Origin: an uncultured Victivallales bacterium
GTDB lineage: Bacteria; Verrucomicrobiota; Lentisphaeria; Victivallales; CAZIVM01
Length of the DNA: 49,420 nucleotides
NCBI GenBank assembly: GCA_964542845.1
Contig: CAZIVM010000002.1
Location: 1 to 49,420, forward strand
Direction: 5' to 3'
In this document: positions 40,880 to 49,420 of the stretch, piece by piece
Layout of the letters: every line of letters starts with the position of its first letter
Numbering within the stretch: the first letter of the stretch is position 1
Program-made: the position numbers and the translations under genes
The notes under the pieces: generated by a model
Databases searched by the model: none
Told to the model about the DNA's origin: nothing
The model's input: only the letters and a program-made list of their open reading frames with translations

Positions 40880-43800
40880 TTATTCAATAATCACAGGGAT
40901 AGATGCATATCCTACACCATTCTGAATTACGATCCATGCTTCAAGTTTTTCGGGAGCAATATTTCCCCATGGTGCATTTGTTGCCCATGTTTTAGGAATT
41001 TTGACTTCGAATGCTGATTCTCCATTATCTTTTTGAATCCAAGATCCATTGATGCCACGAACTGTGATCCATGCAGGAACCGCATCTTTCGCTATTGCAC
41101 GCGCACTTAAACTGACTTGTTGAACGCGAACAGATTCTTTATGACGCCATTCAAGCCATGCTTTAGGTGTTGTTGTTCCGAAATATTCACCTGTAATACG
41201 AATCCAGCTATCAGGTTGTCCTTCTACCAATGAAATAGGTTCTGCGCTATTTAATCTTGGAGGAGCAATGTGGATAAACTGAGTGATGCGATATAAGTTA
41301 GTTGCAGGTTTGGCGAAAACACCTTTTGCGATCTCGCGAGCGTTATAGCCTAAATGGTTTTTACCAATACCAATCACATTGATATATCGAACTGAATCTA
41401 ATTGACCATTTTCGAAACTTATATCGTCTAAGAATTCTTCAGTTGTGATTCTTGCATTTGCACTTAAAACTTTTTCTTTATAAACTTTAGGTTGATAAAG
41501 CTTATAAGTTGCTTTTTGTTGGAATGCAAAGGTAGTATCTGCGTATGAATCTTTGACAAACGCCATAGTTCCTTTTTTGAATTTAGGACTATTGGGATTA
41601 CGTAAGAATGCAATAGGATCAATATGATATTGAGTCATGATGAGTTGAGGTTTGACGCTGACATCGAAATCAGGGCGTTCTGCATCTACTGAACCATAGG
41701 CAATGCTATCTGTATTATATACATGGACAACGCCTTTTGTTGTATTTTCAAATACTTGTGACATTTCAGCAAGAGATCCATCATTTTCTTCATTTGCAAT
41801 GGTAGGACATCCATATTGTTTGCTTTTTGTGTTAGGAACAGCAACCACGAAATAGAATACGCTATCTTTTGCTTTTATGCTCATATCATAATCATAATAT
41901 TCACGTTCTGTAAGTGCTTTTTTGCTAATTAACTTTGCTTGTGCGAAGTCATTTACCTCAACCGAACGGTATAAATAATACGCTTCAGCATTTGGAACAC
42001 GATTCCATGCTACGGTAATGCGATCATAATATTTATTTACATCAGGGGTAATTTCTGTTGCAGCAGGAAGTTGTTTATAAGCTTTTGCGCCATTACTCCA
42101 ACGTGTCATATTCATAGAGTCTGGAGTGTTTCCTGTAGCGGTTACAAAGTAAGTGTAAACCACGCCTGGAACTGCATCGACGTCATGGAAGTAATCAACA
42201 TTTGATCCACCAGGAACAGTTAAGATTTCCATTGCTGCATCTTTCTTTCCATTTGCGGAACGTCCGACAAGGAAGCCGACACGGTCAGATTCTTCATTTG
42301 CATTTTTGGAAATATCCCAACGAATCATTGCAAATTCTGGGCTAACATCGCCTGCACGTACTTTGGTAGGAGGTGTTAAAACACTCCAACCTGAAACGGG
42401 CGCACTTAATTCTGTTTCACTTGAACCCATGTTATCCGATGCAACTTGAATTGCATAGAAGAAAGCTTTTCCTTTAACTTCTGGAGTATGTACGGTAGAA
42501 GTTGCTTTTGCCCACTCTGTGGTTTTCTTGATTTGAATAGGTGTCATATTTGCCATATCTGCAGTTTCTGCAACGAATACTTTTGCATATTTTGCACCTT
42601 GTGGGAATTTCCATGTCAACTTAACTGATGATGAAACACCTTGTGTTGCGTTTAAGGTTGAGACAGGCTCAAGTAAACGTTTTGCCACGTCAGAAATGGT
42701 TGAACCGGCAAAAGTAGTAGAATTAGCTTTGGCGGTTTGGTAATATGAAATGTCATAAGCGTAGTTAACACCAGGAACAGCTGTTTTGTCCGCGAATTGA
42801 CTGATAACGGAAGGAGTTGTTGTTAATGTTAATTTGCCTAAGATAGGCTTTGATGCGCCATCTCCGGATGCACTTTTAGCCTCATAACGTTTAATTTGAA
42901 CATAATAACCGCTATCATTGTTAAATGTGAGAATGATAGGTTTAACGGGTTCAGTTGGCTGACCGACATCTGCAATAACCTTAACTTCGTCAGGACGTGA
43001 ACTTTCAGCTTTAAGCGTTACTGTTTTATGCTCTGAAAATTCGCCCCATACACTTTTATGTGACACTTCTTGTGCTGTTACAACATACGATATTAAGCCT
43101 TCAATATTTTCTTTGAAGATAATGTTGTTTTCAGTTGTTTTTGCAACAATTGTGGTTGCTTTTCCACCTTCGTAACGATATACATTGTAGTTATAAGTTG
43201 CACGGGCATCAACTCTGTTCCAAGATGCTACTACCATTTGTGTATCTTGTGGGTGAGTTTTAACCACAAAGTTTTGAGGTGCATGTGGCATTGTATTATA
43301 TACTTTTCCTTTGCTTGCATCTGAGGGGCCTTTAATGCCTTTTGCATCTGCAGCAGCTACAACTGTATAAGTATAAGATTTTCCAGATACATAGGTTGTA
43401 TCTAAAAGTTTTTCACCTACGGGCATCCAGTCAGATGCAATGACAGCTAAATTGGAGCCTTTTTCTGTACGATATGCAGCCACATAAGTGGGTTTATTTT
43501 CACCAATATTAACTTGATCAACCGCATCGGTTACACTAATTTTAATTGGACTATCTTTTTCTGTTGTTTGAATAATATTTGTGATGGATGGTGCTTTTTT
43601 GTTTAACACGTTTACGGGAACGGTAAATACAAATGTGCCATAACCTAAACTTTCATCTTTAATTGAAACTAAGCATTCATAACGTTTTGATTCAGAGATG
43701 ATTTCATCAGGCAACTGCCATGTTGCAGTATATTCTGATGGATCTAATTCTACACCACTACGAATAATGACGCGTAAAGTAGGTGTAATATCTCCTAAAC

Positions 43801-46800
43801 GTGTATTTTCCCATACATCTTGCGCTGCTTGGTCTACAACGACAGGGACTTTTGCATCTCCTTGTTCAACTGACAAGTTAACAATTACATCTACAATATC
43901 ATTAGCAAATCCAGGACGATTTAAGTTTACTTTCAATTTGGCTGAACGCTCGACAGCTGAAACTGTTTTACCTAATACATTCCAGCATGCCCATGGCGTT
44001 AATAATGAGTCGGCATTGAATGCAAAGTATTTGAATGCGTCTTTTTCATATACAACATCTTCAATGACTGCTACATCAATAGGATCACTTTCTACTTTTT
44101 CGATTAAACGTGTGTTTTCATAGGATTTAAGAGCTTTAGCTGTATTCACTGCATAGACACCTTTTTCAGCTTTAACTTCTGGAGCAATAAAGTAATTGTT
44201 TGTGATGGTTGTTCCATAAGCATAAGTCATAGACGCAAATGCAGAAGGCTTGAATGCTCCTGGCTCGCATACAATAACATTATTGGCTATAGTTTCTTTT
44301 GCCGTTGCACCAGGATATCCGACATAGCATAACATCGGATAAATAGCGGTTGCGGTATGCTCAAAAGATGAACGGAGAATTGCTGTATTATTGGTGATTC
44401 CTGAATCTTTGGCATCTTGTGTATGACTCATTAATGTCCATGATTGAGCCGCAAATGGTCCAAATACTGCATAATCTAAACTTCCAGGATTTTTAATAAT
44501 TTTTCCTGCGAGGTCTACAAAACAGGAATCAAGTCTAATTCCCATTTTTTGTGCCATTATACCCCCAACATATGAAGAAGATCCCATCACTGCGCCATTC
44601 GCTAATTGGAAAGAGCAATTTCTTGCAAGTGATGTTGGGAATTTATTTGCATCTTGATAATTTGTAGATGCATAGGCAATAATTCCTGCCGCATTATTAT
44701 ATGTTGAAATTAATTTTCCTGTTGAGGAAATCTTTACATGACAATTTTCAACAGTTACATACATGCCTCTTCCATCTGTATTTCCTACCGACCCTAAAAT
44801 ACCTGCAATTCCGCCCAAATTATTGTGGATATAAAGGCCTGAGATTGGATCAATAAGAATTGGCGCATTGATTTCTACATCTACATTTTGAATAGTACAT
44901 CCTCCGTATGTATACGCAACAATAGCACCAAAAACGCCACAGCCTTTAAGGTCAATGCTTTCATTAACTACCAATTTTATATTTTTTAAGGTACCTTTCG
45001 TAGAATGTCCAAATAATCCAGCTGTCACAATTTTACTGTCACCTGCATTATCCAACATTTCAAATTTCATACCAGGGGCAAAGGTAATTACTTTTCCGTC
45101 ACCATCAAAAATTCCGTCAAAAGAGAAATCAACAGGGGCAGTTCCATCACTATTTTTTTCGCTCTTTTTGGTTCTTCCATAAATCATGCTTCCGATAGGG
45201 AGATATTTGGTGTTAATTTCAATATCATTCGTTACTTTGAATAATTTATTTGTTTGACGTTGATCTTCTTTGACTAAGTGGGCAAGGGCTGCCATATCTT
45301 CTTGACGGGTAATTTCAAATGGCGCATCTTCTGTGCCTTCACCTGCATATTTACGGCAGTCAATTCCTGTTTCCTTATTAATGATTATTGCACCGACTGG
45401 AATTTTATTACTTTCAAACGCTTCTTTAAATGTGTCGAAGCAAATCAAGTTGCCTTCTTCATCTTTATATTGATAAGGTTTGAGAATGACGTTATACATT
45501 TTTGTAACGGGATCAAATGACTCTGTGTAATTTGATGTAAGGAAGTTTTTGGGGGAAGAAGAGTATGAACCCGCAGAGATAAATCCTTTTTCAGATCCAG
45601 TTATTGCGAATGAATCTGTGAACGCTTGAGAGAACATATTAAAAGCTTTTACACTATCTCCATGAATAAATGTACCACCCGTAACGTTAATGGAAGAGAC
45701 AGCCATTGTATCTAAGGCAGTACCGGTTTTATTTTGATATTCATACATGGCATAACCGCTATCAGAAATAAATGTTCCGCCCGAAATATTGATATTCATG
45801 TTTCCATAATAAGATTTGTTAGATTCAATTTGCAACACTGCTCCACTTGCATTCATACCATTGCTGTATCCTTCAGTGGGGGCTTCGTTTGGACCTGTAC
45901 ATTTAAATGTACCATCTTTAATTGTTAAATTTCCTGATTTGAATCCAATACTTGACTCGTACCCTACAAAACTTCCATTATTGATAGTCAAGTCGCCGCG
46001 TTGTGGATGGTAAATTGTCGATCCACTTGTACTATACAATGATCCTCTATTAATTACGATATTTGTACCTCCATTAGCTGTAGTTCCATTTCCTGAAATA
46101 CAATACCATTTTGCAGAAATTTCGCCACCATTCATAATGAATGAGGCATTGGAGTCAGTATTATTTCCCCAAACCGATACCCCATAACCATTTGTTGCTT
46201 TTGTGGCATCTAATTTTCCGTTATTTAAGGTGGCAGTACATCCTACAGCAATACGAACAGGCACGCCTTGTTTTGTTGTTTTGACGCTTACAAGAGCATT
46301 GTCAATAACAATATTTGAGTTGTCTGTAAGGCTAATGACATTTACACTTCGGTTTGGAGAATTTGCAGAAATATGGCCCCCTCCGACGTTATCATTAATA
46401 GTCAATTTTGATGCGCTATCAACATGAATTGCATTGATTTGTTCCTTAATTGACTCATTATGTTCAAATGCCCATGTTTTGCCATTCAAATCAAGAACAA
46501 CAGCTTTGTTTGTATCTAACACTGCAGGAGTTACATCGGTAACATTTGCCAATAATTTAATGATGTCGCCAGTTTTTGAGGCATCAAAGGCGTCGACCAA
46601 TGTGTCGTATGAACCTCTAATATTTCCTGCACTGTCTGTTACGGTAATTGCTTGAGTTAAAATATCATCAGCATTCACGGTAATGGTTTGAACAAGAACT
46701 GGTTCTCCATCTCCTGAATATTCTGGACCATCTACATAACACTCAAAATCATGTTTAGCGATTTCAGTAATCGTATAATCAAAGTTTGCTAATCTTTCTT

Positions 46801-49135
46801 GATTTGCAATTACAAAACAGCTATCTGAGAGTCCAATATCTGATTTAGATGTAACAGTAATAAATGGTGCATAAGAACGTTGGAGTACGGGAGGGTTCTC
46901 AGCAAGTGTAAATTCTGGAACTGGACGATAAACCAAATTCGTCATTTCCGCATCACCATAATAAGGATAAACACTTACACTTCCCTCAACTTGAGTTTTT
47001 GTTACGCCATTTTCACCCCAGTAGTTTTTAGCAAGAATTGCTACTGCATCATTATCATTTTTAATCAATGTAGAGAAGGTATTTTTTTCTACTGTAAGTG
47101 ATTGAGGTGCAGGGTTGCCTTTTGTGGGTTCACCGAGTTGAAAATCAACAGTATTGTTTGTAAAGGTGTTGTCAGTCATAGTGAGATTTGTAATAGATGC
47201 ATGAGGTTCAGTTGCATATCCGCCATCAGTACGTGCTTTAACAGCAAGAGAAGCTGTATAACCATTTTCGCCAGGAATAGTATTTGTCCCTTTAAATGTA
47301 TTTCCAATAATTGTAATTTTTGATGCGTTATTCCATTTAAGATTAATATCGCAAGAGACACGTGTTGGCCAATAATCTTTTCCTACACTTGCATTGTCAT
47401 TGAATATTGTGTTTTTGATTGTAATTTTGTCGCCAACCTCTGTATAGAATGCTTTGTGCAAATTGCCCTCAAAATTTGAGTTTTGAATAATCAAATTATC
47501 AATTTGACGATTATTTAACGACGTTTGTCCTTGACAATCATACCCAATGTAATAATTATTTACTACGCAACTATCAATAAGCACTGTTCCTTTAATTTGA
47601 TCTTTAATATAAAAACCAGATATAGTTGCATCTTTTGTCGCATTTCCGACAAAGTTAATATTTGAGACAGTAAAATCTCCTTCTGAAATACCTCCAGTAT
47701 TTTGAATTTTAATTCCAGGTGCTGTATTAGGAGAGTTTACGATAACGTGTTCGCCTTCAGGTGCTTTAATTGTACATGGGACTTTTACTGCTAAGCTTTC
47801 AGTATATGTTCCACTTTTAACAAGGATAACATTGCTATTTTCTGCCGCGTTAAGTGCAAGATTAATCGTTGAAAAGACGGCTTTAAGCTCTAAAGAAGAA
47901 TCATTTTTTTTATAAAGCTCCGCCGCGGGATTTCCTGATGCAGAGATTATTTTAACAGTAGGCTCAACGGAATAGTTCATCGTTGAACATGGATTCCAAA
48001 TTACGCCTGATGATCCTTCAGATTCAATAAGTTGAGTTGTGCCTGTCAATGCAATTGACCCACTTAAATCATTAAAAGATCCATATTTAACGCATCGAAT
48101 AATTTCTTGTGTAAGCGTGGCTGGTGATTGACGCACAGTCGAGTTATGAATAATCATATCAAGATCACACGCATCTTGAACTACAATTGCGGCAAAACGA
48201 CTGCTTCCTCCTCCCCAATAAGAACGACCTATTAATTCACAACTGTCAACTCGTACAATGGATTCCTCCACGTTGCGGTTTGCTCCATAAACATAAATGG
48301 GCGCCCATGCTGTAACTTTAGAATTTTTAACCGTCATTTTTTGATTTGCATACTCAACAACCGACACCCCATAAGAGCTCACATCAATCACCGAATTGGT
48401 GACATTAATCTTCGATTTTGGTGTCCATGTAAAAACCCCATAAACATATGCAAATGCTGCGCTATGCGGACTATGAACGTAACTATTATTGACATTGATT
48501 TCGATATTCTCACCTGTACGTCCTGCAATTGCGCGATGATTGGAACGTGTGACTTCCATTTCACTGCTTTCAAAGTTAATGGTTACGTATTTTGGCGTTG
48601 TTCCGAGCGTGCTATTCGTTACAATCCCAAAACCAGCTCCGGCACCGCTAGAACCTGTCGATTTGTCATTCGTATTTTTCATGTATACATTTCTCATATT
48701 TAAATTAATATAAGATCCTGTAATGTTAATCATTCCAATTCCGTTTGTGGGAGCGGTAACTATACTCAAGTTTTCAAATGTAATATTCAAACTATCGGAT
48801 TCATCCCCACTCGTGTTAATGGTATATAAACAATCTAATATAACATCGTCACTATCAAGCGATGGGCCTATAAACTTAACTCTTTTTGAAATATCTAATG
48901 ATTCTTCTTTATATACTCCTTTTCCAATAATAATAATAGAATCTCCATCTTCTGAAACATTATATGCGTCTGTAATAGTTGGATATAATCCGCGCTGTTC
49001 ACCTGTTTCTCCATTTAAAACTTGCACGGAGTCTGTCGTTGCGGTTGCGGTTAATCCACAAAGGGTTAAAAGGGTAATGACGGTAAATGCACATATCTTG
49101 CGTGCATACGTACTCATTGTGTAAAGTGTGTTCAT
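40880..49135 (-). CDS. Giant secreted/surface multidomain protein (beta-helix modules, GLUG/M26-N-like module, FN3-like repeats, C-terminal IPT-like domain)
   Basis: 2751 aa; AAGGAG RBS; signal peptide; repeated helix-cap motif (Y/F).T...A......; GEGTEDAPFEI...FDGIFDGDG...GLFG; FN3-like segments (ITVAWNRVPNAEAYYLYRS, PGVVYTYFV); C-terminal IRITGEYFG. Confidence 0.85.
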   Translation of the reverse strand: MNTLYTMSTYARKICAFTVITLLTLCGLTATATTDSVQVLNGETGEQRGLYPTITDAYNVSEDGDSIIIIGKGVYKEESLDISKRVKFIGPSLDSDDVILDCLYTINTSGDESDSLNITFENLSIVTAPTNGIGMINITGSYINLNMRNVYMKNTNDKSTGSSGAGAGFGIVTNSTLGTTPKYVTINFESSEMEVTRSNHRAIAGRTGENIEINVNNSYVHSPHSAAFAYVYGVFTWTPKSKINVTNSVIDVSSYGVSVVEYANQKMTVKNSKVTAWAPIYVYGANRNVEESIVRVDSCELIGRSYWGGGSSRFAAIVVQDACDLDMIIHNSTVRQSPATLTQEIIRCVKYGSFNDLSGSIALTGTTQLIESEGSSGVIWNPCSTMNYSVEPTVKIISASGNPAAELYKKNDSSLELKAVFSTINLALNAAENSNVILVKSGTYTESLAVKVPCTIKAPEGEHVIVNSPNTAPGIKIQNTGGISEGDFTVSNINFVGNATKDATISGFYIKDQIKGTVLIDSCVVNNYYIGYDCQGQTSLNNRQIDNLIIQNSNFEGNLHKAFYTEVGDKITIKNTIFNDNASVGKDYWPTRVSCDINLKWNNASKITIIGNTFKGTNTIPGENGYTASLAVKARTDGGYATEPHASITNLTMTDNTFTNNTVDFQLGEPTKGNPAPQSLTVEKNTFSTLIKNDNDAVAILAKNYWGENGVTKTQVEGSVSVYPYYGDAEMTNLVYRPVPEFTLAENPPVLQRSYAPFITVTSKSDIGLSDSCFVIANQERLANFDYTITEIAKHDFECYVDGPEYSGDGEPVLVQTITVNADDILTQAITVTDSAGNIRGSYDTLVDAFDASKTGDIIKLLANVTDVTPAVLDTNKAVVLDLNGKTWAFEHNESIKEQINAIHVDSASKLTINDNVGGGHISANSPNRSVNVISLTDNSNIVIDNALVSVKTTKQGVPVRIAVGCTATLNNGKLDATKATNGYGVSVWGNNTDSNASFIMNGGEISAKWYCISGNGTTANGGTNIVINRGSLYSTSGSTIYHPQRGDLTINNGSFVGYESSIGFKSGNLTIKDGTFKCTGPNEAPTEGYSNGMNASGAVLQIESNKSYYGNMNINISGGTFISDSGYAMYEYQNKTGTALDTMAVSSINVTGGTFIHGDSVKAFNMFSQAFTDSFAITGSEKGFISAGSYSSSPKNFLTSNYTESFDPVTKMYNVILKPYQYKDEEGNLICFDTFKEAFESNKIPVGAIIINKETGIDCRKYAGEGTEDAPFEITRQEDMAALAHLVKEDQRQTNKLFKVTNDIEINTKYLPIGSMIYGRTKKSEKNSDGTAPVDFSFDGIFDGDGKVITFAPGMKFEMLDNAGDSKIVTAGLFGHSTKGTLKNIKLVVNESIDLKGCGVFGAIVAYTYGGCTIQNVDVEINAPILIDPISGLYIHNNLGGIAGILGSVGNTDGRGMYVTVENCHVKISSTGKLISTYNNAAGIIAYASTNYQDANKFPTSLARNCSFQLANGAVMGSSSYVGGIMAQKMGIRLDSCFVDLAGKIIKNPGSLDYAVFGPFAAQSWTLMSHTQDAKDSGITNNTAILRSSFEHTATAIYPMLCYVGYPGATAKETIANNVIVCEPGAFKPSAFASMTYAYGTTITNNYFIAPEVKAEKGVYAVNTAKALKSYENTRLIEKVESDPIDVAVIEDVVYEKDAFKYFAFNADSLLTPWACWNVLGKTVSAVERSAKLKVNLNRPGFANDIVDVIVNLSVEQGDAKVPVVVDQAAQDVWENTRLGDITPTLRVIIRSGVELDPSEYTATWQLPDEIISESKRYECLVSIKDESLGYGTFVFTVPVNVLNKKAPSITNIIQTTEKDSPIKISVTDAVDQVNIGENKPTYVAAYRTEKGSNLAVIASDWMPVGEKLLDTTYVSGKSYTYTVVAAADAKGIKGPSDASKGKVYNTMPHAPQNFVVKTHPQDTQMVVASWNRVDARATYNYNVYRYEGGKATTIVAKTTENNIIFKENIEGLISYVVTAQEVSHKSVWGEFSEHKTVTLKAESSRPDEVKVIADVGQPTEPVKPIILTFNNDSGYYVQIKRYEAKSASGDGASKPILGKLTLTTTPSVISQFADKTAVPGVNYAYDISYYQTAKANSTTFAGSTISDVAKRLLEPVSTLNATQGVSSSVKLTWKFPQGAKYAKVFVAETADMANMTPIQIKKTTEWAKATSTVHTPEVKGKAFFYAIQVASDNMGSSETELSAPVSGWSVLTPPTKVRAGDVSPEFAMIRWDISKNANEESDRVGFLVGRSANGKKDAAMEILTVPGGSNVDYFHDVDAVPGVVYTYFVTATGNTPDSMNMTRWSNGAKAYKQLPAATEITPDVNKYYDRITVAWNRVPNAEAYYLYRSVEVNDFAQAKLISKKALTEREYYDYDMSIKAKDSVFYFVVAVPNTKSKQYGCPTIANEENDGSLAEMSQVFENTTKGVVHVYNTDSIAYGSVDAERPDFDVSVKPQLIMTQYHIDPIAFLRNPNSPKFKKGTMAFVKDSYADTTFAFQQKATYKLYQPKVYKEKVLSANARITTEEFLDDISFENGQLDSVRYINVIGIGKNHLGYNAREIAKGVFAKPATNLYRITQFIHIAPPRLNSAEPISLVEGQPDSWIRITGEYFGTTTPKAWLEWRHKESVRVQQVSLSARAIAKDAVPAWITVRGINGSWIQKDNGESAFEVKIPKTWATNAPWGNIAPEKLEAWIVIQNGVGYASIPVIIE

Positions 49136-49420
49136 AAACTCTCCTTGAGTTTAGGTTTGTTTTTTTAACTGAAATACCTTTTCTATAAACATTTCATAAT
49201 AGTTTCGCGATTTTTGAAATATTTGTAATCTTACCTTAATAAACTGACGTGTTCTCTCCTTCCTTCTTTTTTTCTTGTGCTTAAAAATCATGTATAATCA
49301 CAGATTCCTAATACCTAAATATAATTCTGTATTTTTAAATTGCAAATAATATTTAATTGATTTTTCGGCATAGTGCCGGAGCGTGTTAAAACTTTTGAAG
49401 AAATTTAAAGTATTGAGTGG

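Overview
Chromosomal, mostly housekeeping window of about 40% GC (estimated by eye). It is most likely from a Lentisphaerota/PVC-superphylum bacterium, inferred from the dksA-lspA synteny, ClpC in a diderm gene set, and the long LepB and ROK variants. About 33 CDS are supported: a truncated secreted beta-helix protein, a PurN-like formyltransferase, dksA-lspA-trmL-mtaB, an MltF-like transglycosylase divergent from a three-lipoprotein operon (COG3014/YcfL/LpoB-like), gdhA, a LysM protein plus radical SAM pair, pgm, ROK, cstA, uvrA, an ECF sigma-lepB-M16 peptidase-clpC run, ptrB, a lone Mu gp29-like portal, pstS followed by two secretin-like genes, purA-pmbA, and a 2751-aa secreted multidomain protein. 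I saw no tRNA, rRNA, CRISPR array, transposase or integrase. The strongest leads are: (1) a pstS-secretin-secretin operon with no other secretion genes, behind a Pho-box-like promoter; (2) a promoter enclosed by perfect 17-bp inverted repeats carrying the Bacteroides Mpi core, i.e. a candidate invertible promoter for a surface protein; (3) a radical SAM (Twitch) enzyme coupled to an exported LysM protein; (4) a compact three-way-junction RNA in the purA leader; (5) an orphan phage portal gene. All family calls come from motif recognition by eye, not from database searches.
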